Of a stretch of 64,000 nucleotides of DNA, positions 42,653 through 52,618 are shown piece after piece. The stretch is from an uncultured Thermus sp. (lineage in GTDB: Bacteria; Deinococcota; Deinococci; Deinococcales; Thermaceae), in the NCBI GenBank assembly GCA_947085095.1, contig CAMTVD010000022.1, forward strand, positions 1 to 64,000, written 5' to 3'. The first letter of the stretch is position 1. Every line of letters begins with the position of its first letter. The notes under the pieces are model-generated. The model made no database searches and had not been told where the DNA came from. It saw only the letters and a list, made by a program, of their open reading frames with translations. The translations under genes were made by a program, and so were the position numbers.

Positions 42653-43771
42653 GTGGAAACCCTCGAGGCGGTTCGCGAGCTGGCGCGGCGCTTCGCCCGG
42701 GAGAGGGTTCTGCCCGAGGCCCTGAGGCTGGACCGGGAGGCCCGCTTTCCCCGGGAGCTTTTCCGGGAGGCCGCGGCTTTGGGCTTTCCCGCCCTGGTGG
42801 TGCCCGAGGCCTTTGGCGGCGCGGGGCTTGGGCCCAAGGCCTTGGCCCTGGTGGCGGAGGAGCTGGCCTACGCCTGCCCTGGGGTGGCGGCGGCCCTCCT
42901 CCTCAACAACCTGGTGGCCGACGCCCTCCTCCTCTCCGGTAGCCCGTACGCCCAGGCCTTCTTGCCCCGCCTGAAGGAAGAGGTGGCCTCCTACGCCCTG
43001 ACCGAGCCCCATGCGGGCTCGGACGTGGCGGCCATCCGCACCCGGGCGGAGAAGGCTCCGGGGGGCTTCCGGCTTTTTGGGCGCAAGACCTGGATCAGCC
43101 ACGCCCCTGAGGCCAGCTTTTTTGTGGTCTTTGCCAAGGTGGCCGAGGGGCGGGAGGGCATCGCCGCCTTCTTGGTGGAGCGGAAGGAGGGGGTGGAGGT
43201 GGGCCCGCCCCTGCCCAAGATGGGGCAGAAGGCCTCCCCCGCAGCCGAGGTGGCCCTGGAGGGGGTCTTCGTCCCCGAGGAGGCCCTCATCGCCCGGGAG
43301 GGTTTCCGCCTGGCCATGAGGGTCTTTGACCGCTCCCGGCCCATGGTGGCGGCCATGGCCGTGGGCCTCCTGCGCCGGGCCTTGGACGAGGCTCTGGCCT
43401 ACGCCAGGGTGCGGGAAGCCTTCGGCAAGCCCCTTTTTGAGCACCAGGGGGTGGGGTTCAAGCTGGCGGAGATGGCCATGGACCTCGAGGCCGCCCGCCT
43501 CCTCACCCACCGGGCCGCCGGCCTGGCGGAGAGGGGAGAGGCCAACGCTCTGGAGGCGGCCATGGCCAAGGCCTTCGCCGCGGACGCCGCGGTGCGGGGG
43601 GTGTCGGAGGCCCTCCAGGTCTTCGGGGGGAACGGCTACTCGGAGGAGTACCCCATGGCCAAGCTCTACCGGGACGCCAAGGTGCTCCAGATCTACGAGG
43701 GCACCTCGGAGATCCAGCGGGTGATTGTGCTTAGAGAGCTCCTTAGGAGGGAAAGATGGGAGAGCCGGTGA
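42653..43771 (+). CDS. Acyl-CoA dehydrogenase
   Basis: ALTEPHAGSD, KTWIS, QIYEGTSEIQ; GTG start after GGAGG. Confidence 0.94.
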   Translation: METLEAVRELARRFARERVLPEALRLDREARFPRELFREAAALGFPALVVPEAFGGAGLGPKALALVAEELAYACPGVAAALLLNNLVADALLLSGSPYAQAFLPRLKEEVASYALTEPHAGSDVAAIRTRAEKAPGGFRLFGRKTWISHAPEASFFVVFAKVAEGREGIAAFLVERKEGVEVGPPLPKMGQKASPAAEVALEGVFVPEEALIAREGFRLAMRVFDRSRPMVAAMAVGLLRRALDEALAYARVREAFGKPLFEHQGVGFKLAEMAMDLEAARLLTHRAAGLAERGEANALEAAMAKAFAADAAVRGVSEALQVFGGNGYSEEYPMAKLYRDAKVLQIYEGTSEIQRVIVLRELLRRERWESR

Positions 43772-44910
43772 TCCTCGAGGCGGTGCGCACCCCCATCGGC
43801 AAGCGGAACGGGGCCCTAAGGGAATGGCGGCCCGATGCCCTGTACGCCAGGGTCTTGGACGCCCTTCTTGAACGCACGGGAGTGGACCCAGGCCTCATCG
43901 GGGACGTGGTCACGGGTTGCGTGACCCAGGTGGGGGAGCAGGGGGCCAACGTGGGGCGGCTCGCCGTCCTTCTCTCCCGGCTTCCGAAAGAGGTCCCCGC
44001 CGTCACCCTGAACCGGATGTGCGGCTCCAGCCAGCAGGCCATCCACTTCGCTTCCCAGGCCATCGCCGCAGGTGACCTGGACTTCGCCATCGCCGGGGGG
44101 GTGGAGAGCATGACCCGGGTGCCCATGTTCTCGGATATCGGCGGGGGGTTTTCCACCCTTAACCCGGAACTCTTCCAGCGCTACGAGCTCGTTCACCAGG
44201 GGGAGAGCGCCGAGCGCATCGCCGAGCGGTACGGGTTTTGCCGGGAGGAGCTGGACGAGTGGGGCTACCTCTCCCATAAGCGGGCGGCCCAGGCGGAGCG
44301 GGAAGGCCGCTTTCTAGGGCAGATGCTCCCGCTGGAGGGGCTGGACCCGGAAGGAAGGCCCTTCCTCCTCACCCGGGACGAGGGGGTACGCCCCGACGCG
44401 GACTACGGGAAGATGCTCTCCCTCAAACCCGTTTTCCGGGAAAATGGCGTGGTCACCGCGGGGAACTCCAGCCAGGTATCCGACGGGGCCGCAGCGGTCC
44501 TCCTGGGGGACCGGGAGAAGGCCCTGGCCCTGGGCCTCAAGCCCCGGGCCCGCTTCCTGGCCCGGGTGGTGGCGGCGGGGGACCCTACCCTGCAGCTTCT
44601 GGAGGTGATCCCCGCGGCCAAGAGGGCCCTGGAAAAGGCCAGGCTCTCCATCCGGGACGTGGACGTCATAGAGGTCAACGAGGCCTTCGCCAGCGTGGTT
44701 CTGGCCTTCTTGAGGGAGCTTGGCCCCGACCCGGAAAGGCTTAACCCCAACGGCGGGGCCATCGCCCACGGCCACCCCCTGGGGGCCACGGGGGCCGTCC
44801 TCATGACCAAGCTCCTTCACGAGCTGGAGCGGACCGGCGGGGAGTTCGGCCTCCAGGTGATGTGCATCGGCCACGGCCAGGCTACGGCCACGGTCATCCA
44901 GAGGATTTAG
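43756..44910 (+). CDS. Thiolase (acetyl-CoA C-acyltransferase)
   Basis: NRMCGSS, NEAFA, GHPLGATG, CIGHG. Confidence 0.95.
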   Translation: MGEPVILEAVRTPIGKRNGALREWRPDALYARVLDALLERTGVDPGLIGDVVTGCVTQVGEQGANVGRLAVLLSRLPKEVPAVTLNRMCGSSQQAIHFASQAIAAGDLDFAIAGGVESMTRVPMFSDIGGGFSTLNPELFQRYELVHQGESAERIAERYGFCREELDEWGYLSHKRAAQAEREGRFLGQMLPLEGLDPEGRPFLLTRDEGVRPDADYGKMLSLKPVFRENGVVTAGNSSQVSDGAAAVLLGDREKALALGLKPRARFLARVVAAGDPTLQLLEVIPAAKRALEKARLSIRDVDVIEVNEAFASVVLAFLRELGPDPERLNPNGGAIAHGHPLGATGAVLMTKLLHELERTGGEFGLQVMCIGHGQATATVIQRI

Positions 44911-44919
44911 GAGGAGCCT

Positions 44920-45648
44920 ATGGAAAGGAGCGCTTTGGTGACGGGCGGGGCCTCGGGCCTGGGCCGGGCGGCGGCTTTGGCCCTGAAGGCCAAGGGGTAC
45001 AAGGTGGTGGTCCTGGACCTCAGGCGGGGGGAGGAGGACCTCCGCTATGTGGAGGGGGACGTGGCCCGGGAAGGGGATGTGGAGCGGGCGGTGGCGGAGG
45101 CCGTGGCCCAAGGCCCCCTCTTTGCCGTGGTGAACGCCGCGGGGATCGGCCTGGCCAGGAAAATCCTGGGCCGGGACGGCCCCCACGACCTGGAAGGCTT
45201 CCGCAAGGTCATTGAGGTGAACCTGGTGGGCACCTTCAACGTCCTGCGCCTCGCCGCTTGGGCCATGCGGGAGAACCCCCCGGATGGGGAGGGGCAACGC
45301 GGGGTCATCGTGAACACCGCCAGCGTGGCCGCCTACGAGGGGCAGATCGGCCAGGCGGCCTACGCCGCCAGCAAGGGGGGCGTGGCGGCCCTCACCCTGC
45401 CCGCCGCCCGGGAGCTTGCGGACTGGGGCATCCGGGTGGTAACCCTCGCCCCCGGCCTCTTTGACACCCCCCTCCTCCAGGGGCTTCCCGAGAAGGCTAA
45501 GGCCTCCTTGGCGGAGCAGGTGCCCTTTCCCCGGCGCCTGGGCCGCCCCGAGGAATACGCCTCCCTGGTCCTCCACATCCTGGAAAACCCCATGCTGAAC
45601 GGGGAGGTGATCCGGCTGGATGGCGCCCTCCGCATGGCCCCCCGGTAG
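44920..45648 (+). CDS. Type II 3-hydroxyacyl-CoA dehydrogenase (SDR)
   Basis: [23 protein letters not shown]. Confidence 0.93.
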   Translation: MERSALVTGGASGLGRAAALALKAKGYKVVVLDLRRGEEDLRYVEGDVAREGDVERAVAEAVAQGPLFAVVNAAGIGLARKILGRDGPHDLEGFRKVIEVNLVGTFNVLRLAAWAMRENPPDGEGQRGVIVNTASVAAYEGQIGQAAYAASKGGVAALTLPAARELADWGIRVVTLAPGLFDTPLLQGLPEKAKASLAEQVPFPRRLGRPEEYASLVLHILENPMLNGEVIRLDGALRMAPR

Positions 45649-46453
45649 GGTCCTGGACCTGACCCGCCTTCTCCCCGGGCCCCTGGCGGGGAAGCTCCTT
45701 TTGGAGATGGGCTTTCCCGTCCTCAAGGTGGAGCCCCCCGGGGGGGAGCCCCTGAGGGCCCTCGCCCCCCAGGTCTACGCCTTTCTCAACGGGGGGAAGG
45801 GGGTCCTGGAGCTAGACCTGAAGACCCCAGAGGGGTGGGAGCGGCTTCTTGCCCTGGTGCGGGAAAGCGCCCTCCTCCTGGAGTCCAACCGCCCTGGGGT
45901 CATGGAGCGGCTCGGCCTTGGCCCCGAGGTGCTCCTTGCCGAGAACCCCCGCCTGGTCTACGTGCGCCTCCGGGGCTACCCGGACTCCCCGGACGCTGGC
46001 CACGACCTCACCTACCTGGCGGAGGCGGGGCTTCTTGGCCGCTTTCCCTGGCAGGCCTTCCAGTTTGCCGACCTGGCGGGGGCCTACGCCCTGGCCCTCA
46101 CCGCCCTAAAGGGCCTCCTCCTGGGAGGGGGCTTCTACGAGGTGGCCCTCTCGGAGGCGGTGAAGAGCGTGGCCTACCCCCCCATCCCCTTTCTGGACGG
46201 CTCCGTCCTCTGCTACGGGGTCTACCCCGCCAAGGAGGGGGAGGTGGCCCTGGGGGCCCTCGAGGCCCACCTCTGGGCCCGGTTTTGCGAAAAGGCAGGC
46301 CTTCCCGAACTCAAGGGGGCAGCCTTCAGCCCTGCTTTGGAGGAGAACCCCGCCTATAGGAGGCTTCGCGCCCGCTTCCTGGAGGAAACCGCCGAGGCCT
46401 GGGAGGCCTGGGCCCGGGAGGAGGGGCTTCCCTTGAGGAAGGTGCGGGGGTAG
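45620..46453 (+). CDS. CaiB/BaiF CoA-transferase family protein (short form)
   Basis: [24 protein letters not shown]; start uncertain. Confidence 0.85.
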   Translation: MAPSAWPPGRVLDLTRLLPGPLAGKLLLEMGFPVLKVEPPGGEPLRALAPQVYAFLNGGKGVLELDLKTPEGWERLLALVRESALLLESNRPGVMERLGLGPEVLLAENPRLVYVRLRGYPDSPDAGHDLTYLAEAGLLGRFPWQAFQFADLAGAYALALTALKGLLLGGGFYEVALSEAVKSVAYPPIPFLDGSVLCYGVYPAKEGEVALGALEAHLWARFCEKAGLPELKGAAFSPALEENPAYRRLRARFLEETAEAWEAWAREEGLPLRKVRG

Positions 46454-46499
46454 GGCCTCTCCTGTGGTATCCTCACCCCGGGCCCGCTGGGGCCTTCCC

Positions 46500-47225
46500 A
46501 TGTTGCGGCTGGAAAACATCACCAAGCGCTTTGGCCCGGTGGTGGCCAACCGGGGGGTGAGCCTGGAGGTCCGCAAAGGGGAAGTCCTGGCCCTTTTAGG
46601 GGAGAACGGGGCGGGAAAAACTACCCTGGTGAGCATCCTCTACGGCCTCTACGCCCCCGACGAGGGACGGATCCTCCTAGAGGGCAAGGAGGTGCGCATC
46701 CCTTCTCCCAGGGCCGCCCAGCGGCTTGGCATCGCCCTGGTGCCCCAGCACCCCGAGCTCATAGAGGCCCACAGCGTGGCGGAGAACCTGGCCTTGCGCA
46801 CCTATCCCCGCTACGCCCGCCTTGGGCTTTTGGACTACCGGGCCATGGAGAAGGACGCTGAAGACCTCATCGCCCGCCACCGCATCCAGACCCCTTCCCC
46901 CAAAACCCCGGTGCGGTTCCTTTCGGGAGGCAACGTGCAGAAGGTGATCCTGGCCCGGGAGCTTCGGGAAGGCCCGCGGCTCCTTCTGGCCATGCACCCC
47001 ACCTACGGGGTGGACGTGGGAGCGGCGGAGGAGGTCCACGCCAGGCTTCTGGGCCTGGTGAGGGAGGGGGCGGCGGTGCTCCTGGTAAGCGAGGACCTGG
47101 ACGAGATCCTGGCCCTGTCCCATCGGGTGGCGGCCATGTACCGGGGGCGGCTGGTGGGGCCCATTCCCCGGGAGGCGGCGAGCCCGGAGCGCCTGGGCCG
47201 CATGATGACAGAGGGGCGGGCATGA
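46500..47225 (+). CDS. Nucleoside/sugar ABC ATPase, single chimeric domain (probable internal deletion)
   Basis: Walker A GENGAGKT followed by NBD2-type LSGGNVQK and degenerate Walker B LLLAMHPT; only 241 aa. Confidence 0.8.
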   Translation: MLRLENITKRFGPVVANRGVSLEVRKGEVLALLGENGAGKTTLVSILYGLYAPDEGRILLEGKEVRIPSPRAAQRLGIALVPQHPELIEAHSVAENLALRTYPRYARLGLLDYRAMEKDAEDLIARHRIQTPSPKTPVRFLSGGNVQKVILARELREGPRLLLAMHPTYGVDVGAAEEVHARLLGLVREGAAVLLVSEDLDEILALSHRVAAMYRGRLVGPIPREAASPERLGRMMTEGRA

Positions 47226-48271
47226 GGCTGGAGCTGGACCCAAACCCCACTTCCGGGAAGGTCTTCGCCGCCTACGGCCTTTTTCTCCTCCTGGCCCTTT
47301 TCCTCCTCGGGGTCCTGTTCCTGGCCTACGGGGTTTCCCCCCTTCGGGCCTACGGCCTCCTCTTTTCCCCTCTCGCCGACCCCCTGGGCCTGGCGGAGAT
47401 CGCCCGGCGCACCATCCCCCTTCTCCTCATCGGAGCGGGGCTTGCCCTGGCCTTCCGGGTGGGGTTTTTCAACATCGGGGCGGAGGGGCAGCTCCTCATG
47501 GGGGCCGTGGGGGCGGCCTATGCCGCCCTCTTCCTGCCCGTGGGGCCTTGGACCCTCCCCCTCATGTTCCTCCTGGGCGGGGGGCTTGGGGCCTTGTGGG
47601 CGGGGTTTGCCGCGTGGCTTAGGGTGCGCTTTGGCGCCAGCGAGATCCTCACCACCCTGATGCAGAACTACCTGGCCTACTACCTGGTGGTCTACCTGGT
47701 GGCGGGGCCTTGGAAGGGAAAACTGGTTTTCGGCTTCCTCTACACCGACCGCTTCCCAGAGGAGGCCCAGCTTCCCCGCCTGGGGGATACCCTGGTCCAC
47801 TGGCCCACCCTGCTTCTGGGGGTGGCGGCGGCCGCCCTGCTCCAGGCCTTGCTTTTCCGCACCCCCTTGGGCTTCGCCTGGCGCGTCCAGGGGGAGAACC
47901 CCTTGGCCGCCCGCTACTTGGGCCTGCCGGGGGGGAGGCTTCTCCTCCTTGCCGCCCTTTTCTCCGGCCTCCTCGCCGGCTTCGCCGGGGTGGGGGAGGT
48001 GGCGGGGATCCACCTGAGGCTTCTGGAGCCCGCCCAGATCTCTCTGGGCTACGGCTTTACCGCCATCCTGGCCGCCTGGCTGGCCCGGGGGAGGCCGCTT
48101 TTTGTCCTTCTCACCGCCCCCCTTCTGGGCTTGATCCTGGCGGGGGGGGATGCCCTGAAGATGGCCCTCTCCATGCCCTTTAGGGTGGTGGACGTGGTGA
48201 GCGGGCTTTTGCTCTTGGCCCTGGTAGGGGCCGAAGCCCTGAGCCGGCACCGCATCCTCTGGAGGCGCTGA
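47222..48271 (+). CDS. Nucleoside ABC transporter permease
   Basis: FNIGAEGQ, GYGFTAI. Confidence 0.92.
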   Translation: MRLELDPNPTSGKVFAAYGLFLLLALFLLGVLFLAYGVSPLRAYGLLFSPLADPLGLAEIARRTIPLLLIGAGLALAFRVGFFNIGAEGQLLMGAVGAAYAALFLPVGPWTLPLMFLLGGGLGALWAGFAAWLRVRFGASEILTTLMQNYLAYYLVVYLVAGPWKGKLVFGFLYTDRFPEEAQLPRLGDTLVHWPTLLLGVAAAALLQALLFRTPLGFAWRVQGENPLAARYLGLPGGRLLLLAALFSGLLAGFAGVGEVAGIHLRLLEPAQISLGYGFTAILAAWLARGRPLFVLLTAPLLGLILAGGDALKMALSMPFRVVDVVSGLLLLALVGAEALSRHRILWRR

Positions 48272-49104
48272 TGGAAGAAGCCCTTTTCCGCGCGGTCCTC
48301 TTCGGCACGCCCATTCTGTTGGCCTCCCTGGGAGCCCTCCTCGCTGAGCGGAGCGGGGTGGTGAACCTGGGGGTGGAGGGGATCATGGCCCTTGCCGCCT
48401 TGGTGGCCTTTGGGGTGGCCCTGGGCTTTACCCCCCTCCTGGGCCTTTTGGCGGGGGTGGGGGTGGGGGTCTTAGGCGGGGTCATCCTGGGGGTTTTTGC
48501 CGTGACCCTGCGGGCCAACCAGTTCGTGGCCGGCCTGGCCGTGGCCGCCTTGGGCCTGGGGGCCTCGGGGCTTCTGGGCAAGCGGTACGAGGGGGTGCCC
48601 CTAGACCACCCCCTTCCCGAGGGGGGCTTGGCCCTTCTCGCCCTGTTTCTGGCCTTTTCCCTCCACCACTTCCTGTACCGCACCCGCTTCGGCCTTTACC
48701 TGAGGAGCGTGGGGGAAAACCCCAAGGCCGCGGACCTCTTCGGGGTGAGCGTGGACGGAGTCCGCTACGGGGCCCTGGCCTTGGGGGGCGGGCTCATGGG
48801 GATGGCCGGGGCCTACCTTTCCCTGGCCTACCGCCCCTCCTGGACGGACGGCATGACCGGGGGGCTAGGGTGGGTGGCCATCGCCTTGGTGATCCTGGCC
48901 GCCTGGGAGCCCCTTAGGGCGATCTTCGGGGCCTACCTTTTTGGCCTCCTCTTCTTCCTGCAGTTCCGCCTGCAGGGCAGTGTACCTATACCGAGCGAGG
49001 CTTTTGCCGCCATGCCCTACCTGTTGGTTATCCTGGTCCTGGCCCTTTCGGGCCGCACCCGGGCCCCCAAGGCCCTGGGTGTGCCCTTTGAGCGGGGGAG
49101 GTAA
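48271..49104 (+). CDS. Nucleoside ABC transporter permease
   Basis: ERSGVVNLGVEG, GENP, GWVAIALV. Confidence 0.92.
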   Translation: MEEALFRAVLFGTPILLASLGALLAERSGVVNLGVEGIMALAALVAFGVALGFTPLLGLLAGVGVGVLGGVILGVFAVTLRANQFVAGLAVAALGLGASGLLGKRYEGVPLDHPLPEGGLALLALFLAFSLHHFLYRTRFGLYLRSVGENPKAADLFGVSVDGVRYGALALGGGLMGMAGAYLSLAYRPSWTDGMTGGLGWVAIALVILAAWEPLRAIFGAYLFGLLFFLQFRLQGSVPIPSEAFAAMPYLLVILVLALSGRTRAPKALGVPFERGR

Positions 49105-49109
49105 GGCGT

Positions 49110-50249
49110 ATGCGGAGACTTTTGGTTTTCCTTTTGGCGGCCCTAGGCCTTTCCCTGGCCCAGGGCGAAAAGCTGAAGGCCTGCTTCATTTATGTGGGCC
49201 CCATCGGGGATGCGGGCTGGACCTATGCCCACGATGTGGGCCGGAAGAAGGCGGAGGCCGCTTTGCCCTGGCTGGAAACGCGCTATGTGGAAAGCGTGCC
49301 CGAGGCCCAGGCCCTTCCCGTCATCGACCGCTTTGTGAGGGAGGGGTGCCAGGTGATCTTTGCCACCAGCTTTGGGTACGGAGAGGCGGTCCTCGAGGCC
49401 GCCAAGAAGTACCCGAACATCATCTTCGCCCACGCCACCGGGATCAAGCGGGCTCCCAACGTGGCCACCTACATGGCGGACTTCTACCAGGTCTACTACC
49501 TCAATGGCCTGGCCGCTGGAGCCCTTTCCAAGACGGGTAAGGTGGGGTACGTGGCGGCCTTCCCCATTCCCGAGGTGAAGCGGCACATCAACGCCTTCAC
49601 CCTGGGGGTTCGGGCGGTGAACCCCAAGGCCCAGGTCCTGGTGCGCTGGATCAACGCCTGGTACGACCCCGCCAAGGCCCGCGAGGCCACCGAGGCCCTC
49701 CTGGCCCAGGGGGCCGACGTCTTCGCCTTCACCGAGGACACGCCCACGGTGATCCAGACCGCCGCCAGGAAGGGGGCCTACTCCTTTGGCCACTACACCC
49801 CCATGCTCAAGTTCGCCCCCGACCATGTGGTCTCCGGGCAGATCGTGCATTGGGACGTCATCTACATTGACTTCCTCAAGAAGGTGAAGGAGGGTGTCTA
49901 CACCGCCAAGAACCTGGAGAACGTGGACTACTTCTGGCTCCTCCAGCACAAGGCGGTGGAGGTGGGGGCCGATTACGGGGTGCCCATCAACCCCAAGCAC
50001 GTGCCCCTCTTGCAGAAGGCCCAGATGACCGTGGGAAACAAGAAGGTTTCCGTGTACGAGCGCACCATGGCCCTTCTCAAGGATATGGGGAGCCCCAGGC
50101 CCACCTTTGATCCCTTCACCGGGCCCATCAAGGACCGCAAGGGGGTGGTGCGGATCCCGGCGGGGAGGAAGGCCTCGCTCCAGGAGCTCCTCACCATGGA
50201 GTGGGCGGCCCCCGGGGTGGTGGGGGACTGGCCAGGGGAGCCCAAGTAA
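49110..50249 (+). CDS. BMP-family (purine/nucleoside) substrate-binding protein
   Basis: YVGPIGDAGWTYAHD, TSFGY, WYDP. Confidence 0.93.
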   Translation: MRRLLVFLLAALGLSLAQGEKLKACFIYVGPIGDAGWTYAHDVGRKKAEAALPWLETRYVESVPEAQALPVIDRFVREGCQVIFATSFGYGEAVLEAAKKYPNIIFAHATGIKRAPNVATYMADFYQVYYLNGLAAGALSKTGKVGYVAAFPIPEVKRHINAFTLGVRAVNPKAQVLVRWINAWYDPAKAREATEALLAQGADVFAFTEDTPTVIQTAARKGAYSFGHYTPMLKFAPDHVVSGQIVHWDVIYIDFLKKVKEGVYTAKNLENVDYFWLLQHKAVEVGADYGVPINPKHVPLLQKAQMTVGNKKVSVYERTMALLKDMGSPRPTFDPFTGPIKDRKGVVRIPAGRKASLQELLTMEWAAPGVVGDWPGEPK

Positions 50250-50253
50250 TCCC

Positions 50254-50281
50254 AGGGGCCGGGGGTTTCCCGGCCCCTTTG
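50254..50281. terminator. Hairpin terminator between convergent genes
   Basis: AGGGGCCGGG-GGTTT-CCCGGCCCCT followed by TT. Confidence 0.7.
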
Positions 50282-50283
50282 CC

Positions 50284-51582
50284 TTACAGGCTTCGGAGGA
50301 CGGCCTCGAGGATCTCCAGGCCCATGGCCGCCTCCTCCCGGGAGAGGATCAGGGGCGGGGCCAGGCGCAAAGCGGAAGGACCGGCCGCCAGGGTGAGTAG
50401 GCCCTTCTCAAAGGCCAGCCGCTGGGCCTTGTCCCTCAGGTCCGGCCTCGCCTCCTCCGGGCTCCCGAAGTCCAGGCCGATCATCAGGCCCCGGCCCCGC
50501 ACGTCCCCCAGGGAGGGGAAGCGCTTCTGCATCTCCTTGAGCTCCGAGAGGAGGAAGCCCCCCACCTCCTTGGCGTTTTCCATGAGGCCGCCCTCGAGGA
50601 GGTCCAAGGTGGCGTGGGCCGCCGCCGCCGCCACCGCTTGGCCGCCGAAGGTGGTGCCGTGGGCCCCGGGCCGCCAGCTCCCAAGCTCCTCCCGGAAGAG
50701 GAGGGCGCTTAGGGGGTAGCCGGAGGCCAGGCCCTTGGCCAGGACGTAGACGTCTGCCTCCACCCCCTCGTGCTCCAGGGCAAGGAAGCGCCCCGTGCGC
50801 CCGGCCCCGGTCTGGACCTCGTCCGCCACCAGGAGGATGCCGTGCCGCTCCAGGAGGGCCTTAAGCTTGGGAAGGAAACCAGGCGGGGGCAGGACGTACC
50901 CCCCTTCCCCCTGGATAGGCTCCAGGAAAAAGGCGGCCACCTCCTCCGGGGGTACCACGGTGCGGAAGAGGTGCTCCAGGTGGTCCAAGACCGCCTCCCC
51001 CACCGCCTCGGGCCGGGCCCCCAGGGGGGGGCGGAAGGGGTTGGGGAAGGGGATATGGAGCACCCCGGGGAGGAGGGGGCTGAAGCCCTTGCGGTAGGCG
51101 CTCTTGCTGGCGGTGAGGGAGAGGGCCCCCAGGCTTCGCCCGTGAAAGGCCCCGGTGAAGGCCAGGAGGTAAGGCCTTCCCGTGTGGTGGCGCACCAGCT
51201 TGATGGCGGCCTCAATCCCCTCGGTGCCCGAGTTGCCGAAGAAGACCCGGTAGCCCCCGCCCACCTTGGCCACCAGGCGCTCGGCCAGGGAGAGGGTGGG
51301 CTCGTGGGTGAAGTCGGAGAAGCAGACGTGGGCGAAGCGCTCCGCCTGGGCCCTCACCGCCTCCAATACCTTGGGGTGGGCGTAGCCGGTGGTGTTCACG
51401 GCGATGCCCGCCATGAAGTCCAGGAAGACGTTCCCGTCCACGTCCTCCAGGAAGACCCCTTCCCCCCGGGCGGGGACGAAGGGATAGGGGCGGACATAGG
51501 AGGGGGAAAGCACCCTCTCCCCCCGGTTTAGGAGTTCCTTCGCCCTGGGGCCCGGTAAAGGCGTGGTGACGCTGGGTTTCAT
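50284..51582 (-). CDS. Class III PLP aminotransferase (4-aminobutyrate / acetylornithine type)
   Basis: NSGTE, FHGR, EPIQGEGG, DEVQTG, AKG. Confidence 0.92.
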   Translation of the reverse strand: MKPSVTTPLPGPRAKELLNRGERVLSPSYVRPYPFVPARGEGVFLEDVDGNVFLDFMAGIAVNTTGYAHPKVLEAVRAQAERFAHVCFSDFTHEPTLSLAERLVAKVGGGYRVFFGNSGTEGIEAAIKLVRHHTGRPYLLAFTGAFHGRSLGALSLTASKSAYRKGFSPLLPGVLHIPFPNPFRPPLGARPEAVGEAVLDHLEHLFRTVVPPEEVAAFFLEPIQGEGGYVLPPPGFLPKLKALLERHGILLVADEVQTGAGRTGRFLALEHEGVEADVYVLAKGLASGYPLSALLFREELGSWRPGAHGTTFGGQAVAAAAAHATLDLLEGGLMENAKEVGGFLLSELKEMQKRFPSLGDVRGRGLMIGLDFGSPEEARPDLRDKAQRLAFEKGLLTLAAGPSALRLAPPLILSREEAAMGLEILEAVLRSL

Positions 51583-51655
51583 ACGGGGCCAGTCTACCAG
51601 GGCCTGGAGGGCTTTCCCAGGCCAACTTTATGCGCTCTTTTGCTGGAGTTTTGCG

Positions 51656-52204
51656 CTAGAGGAGGCCCCTTTCCCGCAGGTGGGGCCTGGCGTAGAAGAG
51701 GGTAAGGGCGGTGGAGGCGTCCAACACCTCGCCCCTTTCCAGGAGGGCGTAGAGCTCTTTCAGGGGAATCTCTAGGGTTTCCAAAAGCTCGCCGTCCTCG
51801 AGGGCCGGCTGGCCCACCCGCCTCGCCCCCAGGGCCAAAAAGGGGTGGAAGACCACGGCGGTGAAGGAGGGCTGGGGGTGGAAGGGGGGGAGGGCCAGGT
51901 AGGTGCTGGCCTCCGCCCCCACCTCCTCCAGAAGCTCCCGCCTCGCCGCCTCCAAGGGGCTTTCCCCTGCGTCCACCTTGCCCGCGGGCACCTCCAGGAG
52001 GAACTTCCCCGTGGGGTGGCGGTACTGGCGGATGAGGAGGGCGGTGGCCCCTTCGGTCACCGGCAGGACGAAGCTGGCCGCCACCGGCCCTGGGCGGTAG
52101 ATGTAGGTGATCTCCTTGCCCGTGTGGGTCTTTAGACGCTCTCTGACCAGGCGCACGGGCTCGGAGAGGATCTCCTCTAGGGACAACCGCTTCCAGGGGC
52201 TCAT
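51656..52204 (-). CDS. NUDIX hydrolase (Ndx2-like ADP-ribose pyrophosphatase)
   Basis: GKVDAGESPLEAARRELLEEVG Nudix box. Confidence 0.93.
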   Translation of the reverse strand: MSPWKRLSLEEILSEPVRLVRERLKTHTGKEITYIYRPGPVAASFVLPVTEGATALLIRQYRHPTGKFLLEVPAGKVDAGESPLEAARRELLEEVGAEASTYLALPPFHPQPSFTAVVFHPFLALGARRVGQPALEDGELLETLEIPLKELYALLERGEVLDASTALTLFYARPHLRERGLL

Positions 52205-52587
52205 CGCGTCATGCGCTCAATGACCCGGCGCACCCTCTCCCCGGGGGCCCTGGGCCCTAAGGCCTTGGTCACCGCCCCGATGGCCGCCAGCGGGGTCTTG
52301 AACTGGGCGAAGTCAATGTTCTCCCGGATCCAGGCCTCGAGCTCCTCCTCGGACATCTCCTTAGGGAGGAAGCGGTCCAAGAATTCCACCTCAAAGGCGT
52401 TTCCCTGCTCTAAGGCGATCTCCTTGAGGGCTCTTAGGACCTTCACCGCCTCCTCGTCGGGGAGGGGTTTGCCGTCCCCCTTGCGGTCCAGCTCCGCCTT
52501 CACCACCCGGGCGAAGTCCAGGGTCTTCTGGTCCCGGGCCTTCATGGCCTCCTTGATGGTCTCCTTCAGGGCCTCGTAGATGCTCAT
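52201..52587 (-). CDS. GatB/YqeY-like protein
   Basis: MSIYEALKETIKEAMKARD...FLPKEMSEEEL. Confidence 0.8.
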   Translation of the reverse strand: MSIYEALKETIKEAMKARDQKTLDFARVVKAELDRKGDGKPLPDEEAVKVLRALKEIALEQGNAFEVEFLDRFLPKEMSEEELEAWIRENIDFAQFKTPLAAIGAVTKALGPRAPGERVRRVIERMTR

Positions 52588-52618
52588 CCCCTCCAGTCTA
52601 GCGGGTACAATCCCCCTT

